Shown: in pieces, positions 54,349 through 63,235 of the stretch
Layout of the letters: each line of letters opens with the position of its first letter
Position numbering within the stretch: the first letter of the stretch is position 1
IMG/VR virus record: IMGVR_UViG_3300029590_000324
Length of the DNA stretch: 64,000 nucleotides
DNA from: a virus
Lineage: Duplodnaviria; Heunggongvirae; Uroviricota; Caudoviricetes
Strand: one strand, 5' to 3'
Notes under the pieces: generated by a model
The model's database searches: none
What the model was told of the DNA's origin: nothing
Seen by the model: only the letters and a program-made list of their open reading frames with translations
Position numbers and translations under genes: made by a program

Positions 54349-54849
54349 ATGCTTGAACCTGCAATGCTTCATAAGGAAGCAGTTCTTAATGGCTTAAAGA
54401 AACACATATACGATGACGAAATGACTTATTATTCGGGCTGGAACGGTTTTGAACTTCCAGAAATACCCGATAAATTCGATGGCTGGGATTATAGATATGC
54501 TATCCTTGATGATAACGATAATAGCAAAGTCATCGGCTACTTTTGTTATACATACGATATGCACAACAGAAGTATTAGTAACTTTGGTTTATATTCATTT
54601 GATAAAAACAACTCCACTATCGGCAAAGACGTTCTGCGAGAAATGAGACATATTATCAAAGATTATAAACCCCATCGTATTGAATGGCGGATGGTTGGTG
54701 GTAATCCTGTCGAACGTCATTATGACAAGTTTTGTAAAAGGTATAACGGTAAAAAGTTTATTTTTACCGATGCTTACAGAGACAGATATGGGGAATACCA
54801 CAATGATGTGATGTATGAAATTATATTTAAGGACGGTGATAACCAATGA
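54349..54849 (+). CDS. hypothetical protein (166 aa)
   Basis: AGAGGAG RBS. Confidence 0.45.
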   Translation: MLEPAMLHKEAVLNGLKKHIYDDEMTYYSGWNGFELPEIPDKFDGWDYRYAILDDNDNSKVIGYFCYTYDMHNRSISNFGLYSFDKNNSTIGKDVLREMRHIIKDYKPHRIEWRMVGGNPVERHYDKFCKRYNGKKFIFTDAYRDRYGEYHNDVMYEIIFKDGDNQ

Positions 54850-55049
54850 AAACATTAAGCCAGTTCCAGTGCGAAATCTGTAATACAGTTTATAAGTCAG
54901 AAACTGAGTGTAAAGTTTGCGAAGACAGTCATTATCTTCCTGTTACGATAAAGGCGTATAAGTTCAATTCATATAAGAACGATGGCGAATACCCTCAGTA
55001 TATAGATGTAGCCATGGAAAATGGTAAGATAATCAGGTATAAGAGGTAA
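54846..55049 (+). CDS. small zinc-finger protein (67 aa)
   Basis: CEICN...CKVCED. Confidence 0.4.
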   Translation: MKTLSQFQCEICNTVYKSETECKVCEDSHYLPVTIKAYKFNSYKNDGEYPQYIDVAMENGKIIRYKR

Positions 55050-55055
55050 TAGCTA

Positions 55056-55253
55056 ATGAAAGTATATGAAAATGATTGCGTGGACTGCGGACTGCCATGT
55101 TTATATTCCGGCTGTCCTTATTATAGCTCTCCTCATTGGTATTGTGATCGCTGTGAAGAAGAAATGCTTCCAGAAGATCTCAGAGAATTAGATGGAGAAC
55201 AGTTGTGCCAAGATTGTATAATGAAAGTATTGCCTAAAGTAGGGAGAGATTGA
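55056..55253 (+). CDS. small Cys-rich protein (65 aa)
   Basis: CVDCGLPC..GCPYY..CDRC..CQDC. Confidence 0.4.
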   Translation: MKVYENDCVDCGLPCLYSGCPYYSSPHWYCDRCEEEMLPEDLRELDGEQLCQDCIMKVLPKVGRD

Positions 55254-55326
55254 TGAGAGTACATATTCGGGCCCCTTAGATGTTGTTGTTGTTTCGGACT
55301 ATAAACGTATTAGAAAGGGTGATTAA

Positions 55327-57534
55327 ATGATAGTTGTAAAAAGAAACGGGGATAAAGTCCCATTTAATAAGAATAAGATTTACAATGCTGTATTGAAAGC
55401 TTATGAAGAGGTTTATCCTGACTATAAGACGAATCAGACAGATGCTGAAACAATAACTGATTTTGTTTTAAGTAAGATACATTTTATGATTGAGATTACT
55501 GTTGAACAGATACAGGACATTGTTGAAAATGCTCTCATTAAATATGATGGGATAGTTGCAAAGGCATATATTACATATAGATACAGACGAGCTATGGCAA
55601 GAGATGAGTATAAACAGCTTATGTCTGATATTAAAGAAAAGATTACTGCTGAAAACGTACAGAATCAAAATGCTAATGTCGATGAGCATTCTTTTGGTGG
55701 TAGAATAGGTGAAACTGCCGACCTTGTAATGAAACGTTATGCTCTTGATTATTGTATGTCAGATATGGCGAGGAATAATCACCTTAACAATGAAATTTAC
55801 ATACACGACCTTTCCCATTATGCTGTGGGAGACCATAATTGTTTAACCGTTCCTTTTGATGATTTGCTTGCAAATGGCTTTAATACAAGACAGACTGACG
55901 TTAGACCAGCACAGTCAGTAAGTACAGCGTTTCAACTTGTGGCAGTTATATTTCAGTTACAGTCATTACAACAGTTTGGTGGAGTTTCAGCCAGTCATTT
56001 AGATTGGACTATGATACCTTATGTTAGAAAGAGTTTTTATAAGCATTATAAAGATGGGATAATCTATATAGAAGAATTAGGTACAGAAGATTTTGATAAT
56101 GGTTACATTACCAATAATATGTCTATTGAAGATGAACTTTATAAACGTTTTCCTAAAGCTAATAAATATGCAATGGACATGACCATAAAAGAAACATATC
56201 AGGCGGTTGAAGGTATGTACCATAATCTCAATACACTTCAAAGTCGCTCAGGAAATCAACTGCCTTTTACAAGCATCAATTACGGAACTTGCACTCTTCC
56301 AGAGGGTAGACTTGTAATTAAAGCCTTGCTTGACATATCTATCAAAGGCATTGGTAAATTACATAAGACAAGTATTTTTCCCTGCGGTATATTCCAGTGT
56401 ATGAAAGGTGTAAATCGTGAAAAAGGTGATTCGAATTACGATTTATTCCAACTTGCTCTTAAATCTACAGCTCAGAGACTTTATCCCAATTATGCAAATG
56501 TAGATTGGAGCGGAAATGAGGGTTATGACAGAAATGACCCCAAAACGTATTTTAGCACTATGGGCTGTCGAACAGCTAATGGTTGGGATATAAACGGTTT
56601 CGGACAACTCAAAGATGGCCGTGGTAATATATGCCCCGTAACAATTATTATGCCAACTCTTGCTATGGAGTCAAAGAGAGAACTTCAGGGGAGCGACGCA
56701 TATTCTAAAAATAATTTAATTGAAACTTTTTTATACAAGCTTGATTTGAAAATTCATGAAGCCAAAGATATGCTCATTGAACGTTTTGAATGGATTTGTT
56801 CCCAGAATCCCAAGTCAGCAAAGTTTATGTATGAAAACAATGTAATGGCTGGATATGATGGCAAGGATATCCGCAGTGCTTTAAAGCACGGAACACTCGC
56901 CATCGGTCAGCTTGGTCTTGCAGAAACACTTCAAATTCTTATCGGCTGTGATCATACAACCGAAGAGGGTATGAAACTTGCCAAAAGAATAGAAAAGCTG
57001 TTTAAAGACAGATGCTCTGAATTTAAGGAACAATATAAACTTAATTTCGGTGTCTATTTCAGCCCAGCAGAAAATCTTTGTTACACAGCTATGCAGAAAT
57101 TTAAAGCAAGATATGGTGAAATTCCTAATGTTTCAGATAAAGACTTTTTCACAAATTCAATGCACGTTCCTGTATGGAAGAAGATGAGTCCGTTTGAAAA
57201 AATTGATATTGAATCACAGCTCACGGGTTACTCAAGCGCAGGATGTATTGATTATATAGAACTGAATAGCTCCGTGAAACATAATCTTGAAGCTCTTGAA
57301 GAAATCGTTAATTATGCTATGGATAAGGACATTCCATATTTTGCTATCAACGTTCCAAATGATATGTGTACCGATTGTGGTTACACCGATGAAATAAACA
57401 ATGCGTGTCCTATGTGTGGGTGTCCTAATATTCGCAGACTTCGCAGAGTAACTGGGTACCTTACAGGCGATTATACAGAGGCATTTAATAAAGGCAAACA
57501 GCAAGAAGTTAAAATGAGAGTAAAGCATGAATGA
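55327..57534 (+). CDS. nrdD: anaerobic ribonucleoside-triphosphate reductase (class III)
   Basis: N-terminal ATP-cone-like region; C-terminal zinc ribbon CTDCGY..CPMCG followed by glycyl-radical motif RRVTGYLTG; 735 aa. Confidence 0.8.
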   Translation: MIVVKRNGDKVPFNKNKIYNAVLKAYEEVYPDYKTNQTDAETITDFVLSKIHFMIEITVEQIQDIVENALIKYDGIVAKAYITYRYRRAMARDEYKQLMSDIKEKITAENVQNQNANVDEHSFGGRIGETADLVMKRYALDYCMSDMARNNHLNNEIYIHDLSHYAVGDHNCLTVPFDDLLANGFNTRQTDVRPAQSVSTAFQLVAVIFQLQSLQQFGGVSASHLDWTMIPYVRKSFYKHYKDGIIYIEELGTEDFDNGYITNNMSIEDELYKRFPKANKYAMDMTIKETYQAVEGMYHNLNTLQSRSGNQLPFTSINYGTCTLPEGRLVIKALLDISIKGIGKLHKTSIFPCGIFQCMKGVNREKGDSNYDLFQLALKSTAQRLYPNYANVDWSGNEGYDRNDPKTYFSTMGCRTANGWDINGFGQLKDGRGNICPVTIIMPTLAMESKRELQGSDAYSKNNLIETFLYKLDLKIHEAKDMLIERFEWICSQNPKSAKFMYENNVMAGYDGKDIRSALKHGTLAIGQLGLAETLQILIGCDHTTEEGMKLAKRIEKLFKDRCSEFKEQYKLNFGVYFSPAENLCYTAMQKFKARYGEIPNVSDKDFFTNSMHVPVWKKMSPFEKIDIESQLTGYSSAGCIDYIELNSSVKHNLEALEEIVNYAMDKDIPYFAINVPNDMCTDCGYTDEINNACPMCGCPNIRRLRRVTGYLTGDYTEAFNKGKQQEVKMRVKHE

Positions 57535-58067
57535 AATATATAAGTATAGATAAATGTGATACTGCTAACGGCACAGGCATAGGAGTTGTACTCTGGGTAT
57601 CGGGGTGCAACTGCCACTGCCACGGCTGTCATAATCCTCAAACTTGGGATTTCAGTGTAGGACAATCATTTACAGAAGATACGATGCAGGAACTCCTCGA
57701 CGTTCTCAATAAACCATACATCTCTCGATTAACTCTTTCCGGGGGACATCCTCTTGAATCACAAAATCTTGAAACTGTTTATCAAATTGTTAAAACGGTT
57801 AAAGAAAAATTTCCAAACAAAAAAATCTGGCTCTATACAGGTTATACTTGGGAAGAGATTTTAAATAATGACAGAGAAAACAAAAGAGCCAATACGAACA
57901 GCATATCTCCACTTGATATTGTTAGATGCTGTAATATTCTTGTTGACGGTAAATATGAAAAAGATAAAAGAGATATATCGTTAGCATTTGCCGGTTCAAG
58001 CAATCAACGTGTTATTGATATTCAAAAAAGCTTCAAGCAAAACAAAGTAGTCCTTTTCTGTGACTAA
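57531..58067 (+). CDS. nrdG: anaerobic RNR activating enzyme (radical SAM)
   Basis: ATGA-coupled to nrdD; N-terminal Cys cluster GCNCHCHGC. Confidence 0.65.
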   Translation: MKYISIDKCDTANGTGIGVVLWVSGCNCHCHGCHNPQTWDFSVGQSFTEDTMQELLDVLNKPYISRLTLSGGHPLESQNLETVYQIVKTVKEKFPNKKIWLYTGYTWEEILNNDRENKRANTNSISPLDIVRCCNILVDGKYEKDKRDISLAFAGSSNQRVIDIQKSFKQNKVVLFCD

Positions 58068-58085
58068 AATAATTTCCAAATTCCC

Positions 58086-58114
58086 TTGACATATTGGATA
58101 TAATATGCTATTAT
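58086..58114 (+). promoter_or_regulatory. sigma70-type promoter with conserved phage element
   Basis: CCCTTGACATATTGGATATAAT copy; TTGACA 58086-58091 with a -10-like TATTAT 17 nt downstream. Confidence 0.55.
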
Positions 58115-58153
58115 ATAAATAAGTTAAGCAATATTGGAAAGGATTGATGTCAT

Positions 58154-58351
58154 ATGCTCGTAGCTCCCAAAGGAGAAATTATCTGGGCGGTATATATATG
58201 TAATGGCATGCAAACTCATGCCATTACATCTTCTGCCCTTAGAGATGTTTATTTTTTATGTGAAGTTCAAGGTAATAAATTGGTGAAAACAAAAAAGAAA
58301 TCACCAAAACCAATGGAGCTTGAACACTATATTGATTATCTGAAAGGATGA
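58154..58351 (+). CDS. hypothetical protein (65 aa)
   Basis: GGAAAGGA RBS. Confidence 0.4.
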   Translation: MLVAPKGEIIWAVYICNGMQTHAITSSALRDVYFLCEVQGNKLVKTKKKSPKPMELEHYIDYLKG

Positions 58352-58596
58352 ATGAAATGACTTATGTTATTGTTGGTATAGTAACCGTTGCAATATGTAT
58401 CGGCGCTTTCGTTATCGGATTAAGAGAAGGCAGAATTCAAGGGGAAGGCTGCGCAACGATTGTTATAATTTTTAAACTCAAAGATGTTTTTAATCGTGTG
58501 CTGATGCTTGTTCCTGCAGAAAAACATGAGGAACTGTCAACTATCATTAAGGATTTTTACGATGATATACAAGTAACGGTGGATATCGATGATTAA
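58348..58596 (+). CDS. hypothetical protein with N-terminal TM helix (82 aa)
   Basis: ATGA overlap with upstream ORF. Confidence 0.45.
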   Translation: MNEMTYVIVGIVTVAICIGAFVIGLREGRIQGEGCATIVIIFKLKDVFNRVLMLVPAEKHEELSTIIKDFYDDIQVTVDIDD

Positions 58597-58813
58597 ACTA
58601 CCACAGAAATCAGGCGAAGTAGTGATTGGCAGCTTTGACGAATATTTCAGACCGTATGCTAAAATCAAAATAGGGGACTATTTACTTTATAATCCTGCAA
58701 TGGATAAGGTAGTGGTTGTTTCAATTAATGATCGTCCTCAATATGCCCTAAAACATATTAGAAAGAAAGGCTTACTTAAAAAGAGCTGCATTGTAACTAT
58801 TGAAAAATTATGA
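58589..58813 (+). CDS. hypothetical protein (74 aa)
   Basis: Overlapping start. Confidence 0.4.
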   Translation: MIKLPQKSGEVVIGSFDEYFRPYAKIKIGDYLLYNPAMDKVVVVSINDRPQYALKHIRKKGLLKKSCIVTIEKL

Positions 58814-58837
58814 GGCGCTTAACAAAGAGGTGATATA

Positions 58838-59032
58838 GTGGATTACAGTGAAATCATTGATGATATTCTTGATAAAGTCTTCGTGGAAACCTTTAGGAAT
58901 TCACTGAATAATCCACCTCCTTGGTTTAACCAATTCGTCGATTGGCCAGATATAAAGAAGGTAAAAAATAATGAAACAGATAGTACAAACATACTATACC
59001 CTTATTTTAACGATAAGAAAAGAAGAACATGA
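58838..59032 (+). CDS. hypothetical protein (64 aa)
   Basis: AGAGGTG RBS; its 3' end overlaps the next ORF by ~60 nt in another frame. Confidence 0.35.
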   Translation: MDYSEIIDDILDKVFVETFRNSLNNPPPWFNQFVDWPDIKKVKNNETDSTNILYPYFNDKKRRT

Positions 59033-59396
59033 GATCCGACAAAAGCTTGACCAGTATTGTGGTTATGGGGGCAGATGGTACTACACAGAAATGCAGCCTG
59101 CCAAAACAGAGTGTATTACATCATATGACGAATTTATTCAAAGATGTTCATATCCTTGTTTCGACTGCATGTTCCCGTGGGAAAAATCAAAATTTGGCGA
59201 TAAATATTCGGAGTTACCTTTAAAATGGGGTTGGGCGAAGTTTTCCAATAAGAACTTTGTTTCGTGCGAAATAACTACCGAATATCTAAAACATGAAATT
59301 TATACTTTGCAGGATTTAATAAAGCGCCTTCCGGCAAATGAGATGATTGAATATCTCAAGGATAACGGATTGAATGTGTGTCCAATAACAAGATAA
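58971..59396 (+). CDS. hypothetical protein (up to 141 aa; true start probably internal)
   Basis: The long overlap with 58838-59032 suggests either an internal start or a frameshifted single gene. Confidence 0.35.
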   Translation: MKQIVQTYYTLILTIRKEEHEIRQKLDQYCGYGGRWYYTEMQPAKTECITSYDEFIQRCSYPCFDCMFPWEKSKFGDKYSELPLKWGWAKFSNKNFVSCEITTEYLKHEIYTLQDLIKRLPANEMIEYLKDNGLNVCPITR

Positions 59397-59446
59397 TATT
59401 TATGGACTTACTTCCAAGTCTGTGGCAATAAAAAAGGAGAGAAATC

Positions 59447-59947
59447 ATGAAATTTGAAAAAATATCAGCAAGTCAGTTTTTAAAGGATGTTAAGAATTGT
59501 GCTCCCGGTCTTACCGAGGAAGCATACATAGCGCTGTACGACCAGTTGAAGCTGCCAAAGCGTGCCACATCAGGCTCCGCAGGCTATGATTTCTATGCTC
59601 CATATGCGTTTAAGCTTGAGGCCGGTGAATCAATAAAGATTCCCACCGGCATAAGAGTGCTGCTCGATAACGACAAGTTCCTTGCCATTTATCCCAGAAG
59701 CGGACTTGGATTCAAGTACCGCCTGCAGCTTGACAACACTTTAGGCATCATCGACAGTGATTACAGCGGTTCGGATAATGAGGGACATATATTTGCCAAG
59801 ATCACCAACGATACCCACGAAGGTAAAACCGTACTCGTCAAAGCCGGCGAAGCTTTTGCACAGGGTATAATCCAGCAGTATTTTATGATCGAAGACGATG
59901 ACGCCGACGGTATCAGAAATGGCGGCTTCGGTAGCACTACAAAATGA
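59447..59947 (+). CDS. dut: dUTP diphosphatase (trimeric dUTPase)
   Basis: Motifs SAGYDFYAP, RSGLG, GIIDSDYSG and C-terminal GGFGSTT. Confidence 0.8.
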   Translation: MKFEKISASQFLKDVKNCAPGLTEEAYIALYDQLKLPKRATSGSAGYDFYAPYAFKLEAGESIKIPTGIRVLLDNDKFLAIYPRSGLGFKYRLQLDNTLGIIDSDYSGSDNEGHIFAKITNDTHEGKTVLVKAGEAFAQGIIQQYFMIEDDDADGIRNGGFGSTTK

Positions 59948-60097
59948 TGAGACTTCTCATCTTCGTTCTGCTTATATTCATTGTAGCTAATATAATCATT
60001 CTGATTATTGATTACTACAGGAGAAAAAAGCAAGAAAATAGAAACAATAAACCCGATAAAGGGTTCTTTAATTAAAATCAAAAGGAGTAATGTAAAA

Positions 60098-61153
60098 ATG
60101 AATAAGGGAATTATCACAACAGTTGTCCTCGCCATTGTTCTGGTCGTAGGTATCATCGGCTTCGCAGTATGCACCACTAATATTGGTGCAGGCTATGTCG
60201 GCTACAAGTATGACCGCACAATTAAAAACGGGGCACCAAATACCATCGAAGGCACGTCGGTAATAGACGCTCAGCTTACTGGTCTCGTCTGGATCAATCC
60301 TATAACTCAGGAAGTTCTTAAGTATCCCACCACTATCGTTACCCGTAACTGGACAGGTATCGCCGAAAACGACAGTAAGGAAGACTGGTCAATGACCGTT
60401 GGTACCAAGGAGGGTAAGAATATTGAGGCCGACATCTATATTTCAGTGAAGCCCAGAGATATCGGTTCAATTATTAAGAACTTCGGTACCAAGAAGTTCG
60501 ACAGCATTGTCGATGATGACATCTACGGTCTCGCCAAGGGTAAGCTTTCGGTTATCACTCAGAATTATTCTGTATATGATATCCAGTCTTCTCGCTCTCA
60601 GATACAGACCGAAACAGCTGAAATACTCGCCGATACACTTCTTAATACATACGGCGTTGAGCTTGTGCGCTTTGAGATCGGCACACTTTCACTTCCTGCG
60701 GACATTCAGACTAAAATTGACGAGAAGACAAATGCGATGAACGAGGTTGAGCTTGCTAAGCTTGCAAGAGAGAAGCAGGATGAGACCAATCAGATGATCG
60801 TGGATCAGCAGAAGGCAGAATCTGAAAAAGAACTTGTCCGTCGCCAGAATGAAGCTGATGCAGCTGCATATGAGAAGCAGAAGGCAGCCGAGGCTGAGCT
60901 TATCGTTGCTGAAAATAAAATAAAGGTCGCCGAAGCCGACGTTGAGGTTGCAAGACTTCAGAAAGAAGCGGAGCTCGAAAAGCAGAAATCTTTCACTGCT
61001 GAATATTTTGAAGATAAGAAGCTCGATGTCCAGATGAAGGCTGTTGAAAAAATCAATCCCAATGTCAAGACAATTATTACCGATGGCAGCGGCAGTGGAT
61101 ACGCCGGACTTGTTGGTATCAAGGAAGTCCTTGATGATCTTGACGAGGAATAA
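60098..61153 (+). CDS. membrane-anchored SPFH/Band-7 (prohibitin/HflK-like) domain protein
   Basis: N-terminal TM helix; long charged Ala/Glu/Lys-rich coiled-coil C terminus typical of the SPFH family. Confidence 0.5.
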   Translation: MNKGIITTVVLAIVLVVGIIGFAVCTTNIGAGYVGYKYDRTIKNGAPNTIEGTSVIDAQLTGLVWINPITQEVLKYPTTIVTRNWTGIAENDSKEDWSMTVGTKEGKNIEADIYISVKPRDIGSIIKNFGTKKFDSIVDDDIYGLAKGKLSVITQNYSVYDIQSSRSQIQTETAEILADTLLNTYGVELVRFEIGTLSLPADIQTKIDEKTNAMNEVELAKLAREKQDETNQMIVDQQKAESEKELVRRQNEADAAAYEKQKAAEAELIVAENKIKVAEADVEVARLQKEAELEKQKSFTAEYFEDKKLDVQMKAVEKINPNVKTIITDGSGSGYAGLVGIKEVLDDLDEE

Positions 61154-61184
61154 TAGATTGCTACAGTCCAACAAGGCGGCGAAT

Positions 61185-61361
61185 ATGTATAAGCCAAAAG
61201 TAATTACACCAAAACAATTATCAGAATATCTGAATTGTTCAATAAATATAGCATATGATCTGTGTCACAGACGGGATTTCCCATCATTTAAGGTCGGAAG
61301 AAAAATACTTATAATTGAAGATGAGCTCCATTCATGGATGCTTAAACAAACAACAAAATAA
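61185..61361 (+). CDS. excisionase/AlpA-family HTH DNA-binding protein
   Basis: ITPKQLSEYLNCSINIAYDLCHRRDFPSFKVGRKILIIEDELHSWM matches the excisionase-family HTH pattern. Confidence 0.5.
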   Translation: MYKPKVITPKQLSEYLNCSINIAYDLCHRRDFPSFKVGRKILIIEDELHSWMLKQTTK

Positions 61362-61366
61362 TAAGA

Positions 61367-61400
61367 TAAGGGATCACTTCGGTGGTCTCTTATTTTTTTG
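61367..61400 (+). terminator. rho-independent terminator
   Basis: Stem GGGATCAC/GTGGTCTC around loop TTCG, followed by TTATTTTTTTG. Confidence 0.6.
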
Positions 61401-61738
61401 CTTAAAAATATAGATATGCAGATATACCAGAACCAGTGAATGAATCAGTCTCAAGATTTGGTAAGGTGATTTGGCAGGTGTGTCTTATCCCAATTATTAT
61501 TATTGTTCGTGAAACTTCGACACACCTCTGATGGTGTGTTTTTTGTGTGATGGTGTGTTTTTCAGCAACTGTTTCAAAGTGGTGTGTTTTTCAAAAAGCA
61601 TATTTTCCCATAGACACACTTTCGACACACCAAGCAATACTTTATATGCTTGAAAGTGGCTATAATACGCAATAAAATGCGCTGATACCAAATGAGTTGA
61701 AATCTAATAACATGATTTAATTCCTCCAAATAATTATT

Positions 61739-62356
61739 GTCACACCCTCACGGGTGTGTGAGTTGAAATCATTGTTCATTTGACCCTCATAATAATTTGT
61801 AAGAAGTCACACCCTCACGGGTGTGTGAGTTGAAATCCTGCAGCGGTGTCCCTTTCCTCCGATATCGTGTGGTCACACCCTCACGGGTGTGTGAGTTGAA
61901 ATCTTGATAGCACGGACGCATTCGGTCATGCGTTCGTCACACCCTCACGGGTGTGTGAGTTGAAATTCCCCAAGTTACGGAATGTGTCCGTAAATAGTCA
62001 GGTCACACCCTCACGGGTGTGTGAGTTGAAATTCCTGCCGCTTCTGCTCCTGCCGATATTCTTCAAGTCACACCCTCACGGGTGTGTGAGTTGAAATATA
62101 TATTTAGTGATGTACCGTGAGACTTTCTCATGTCACACCCTCACGGGTGTGTGAGTTGAAATATAAAAGAGCGTAAGATTGATGCAGCGTTAGTTAGTCA
62201 CACCCTCACGGGTGTGTGAGTTGAAATAAGGTTGACAGGTATTTCGGACTGGAAAAATATGTCACACCCTCACGGGTGCGTGAGTTGAAATTTCATCAGT
62301 TCACCCGTTTCCTTCGCAAGTGGATGGTCACACCCTCACGGGTATGTACTGAAAAT
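61739..62356 (+). CRISPR. CRISPR array of 10 repeats and 9 spacers with type I-C-like repeat GTCACACCCTCACGGGTGTGTGAGTTGAAAT
   Basis: 31-nt repeats at 61739, 61806, 61872, 61936, 62002, 62067, 62132, 62197, 62261 (variant GTGCG) and a degenerate terminal repeat at 62327. Spacers are unique and 33-36 nt. The AT-rich leader at 61400-61738 contains a partial repeat remnant GAGTTGAAAT at 61693. No cas genes in the window. Confidence 0.9.
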
Positions 62357-62477
62357 TATGACAATTTCCAGATAGCTGATTTGCACCCATTACGCCCAAA
62401 ATACAAAGCTAAAGCCAATCACAATCATATCTTAATAAATAAAAACAGCGCAGAAACTTTCGCTTCTGCGCCGAACA

Positions 62478-63008
62478 TTATTCCCTAAAAATATTAAGCA
62501 AAGCCGAAAACAGCAGATAATAAATACAGTCTGAAAGAACCGTGCAGATAATACCCGCAGCTATCATTTTAGCTGTGCCGAACAGCGGCTCCTTGATGTG
62601 ACTTACCTGCGGAGCCTTGCTCTTGGCGAACAACAGGGCAGTCGCCGCAATATGCGCCGCAATGCCGATAATCAGCAGCCAAACAGCGTCGTATCTGAAA
62701 ATAGAATACAGAAAAATGCAGCCTACCATAAACACAATGTTGATGATAAGATGTATGCCTGCGGAAATGTCACGCCTTGTTATTTTGCTGCAAAGAAGAT
62801 TCGATGGAAAGGTTATGACCGCCGCCAAGACCGCCAGCAGCAGATTGCTTCCTACAAGTGATGCAAAGAAAAGCGAGTAGAATTCCATTGGAAAGATATT
62901 CCACAGTATCAGCCACAGCACTACAGCGGCTGCGGAGCATATTGCGGCGATTTTTTTGCGCTTAGGCGTGAAAAATGGCTCTCGGATTGTTTTGGCTTTT
63001 TCGGACAT
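62478..63008 (-). CDS. integral membrane protein (176 aa)
   Basis: Multiple hydrophobic helices; may be the first host gene. Confidence 0.5.
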   Translation of the reverse strand: MSEKAKTIREPFFTPKRKKIAAICSAAAVVLWLILWNIFPMEFYSLFFASLVGSNLLLAVLAAVITFPSNLLCSKITRRDISAGIHLIINIVFMVGCIFLYSIFRYDAVWLLIIGIAAHIAATALLFAKSKAPQVSHIKEPLFGTAKMIAAGIICTVLSDCIYYLLFSALLNIFRE

Positions 63009-63235
63009 GGCTTTATGTGCGGTCAGACAGACTGACCCACGCTCCTTTCGAATAAAATAGACAACTTTTCATGCGTTTCCCATAAATATGTATTACAATG
63101 ATTATACGATTTTCACGCTCTTTTGTCAAGCGGATAAAATGGCCCTGTACCGTATGAGAACCGTTCCTGCCTTGACATTCGCAGATAAAAGTGGTAAGAT
63201 ATATCCATATTATATATGTATGAAAGGGTGTTCAT

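Noticed and set aside
58838-59396. Programmed frameshift joining ORFs 58838-59032 and 58971-59396
   Set aside because: The 60-nt overlap could reflect an internal start of the second ORF. No slippery heptamer or pseudoknot was recognised, so a frameshift is not claimed.
61693-61704. Extra CRISPR repeat in the leader
   Set aside because: Only the last 10 nt (GAGTTGAAAT) of the repeat are present. Treated as a degenerate remnant, not a functional repeat.
61739-62356. Spacer self-targeting or matches to this phage
   Set aside because: Cannot be assessed by eye. No obvious identical 33-36-mers were noticed elsewhere in the window. Requires a BLAST search.
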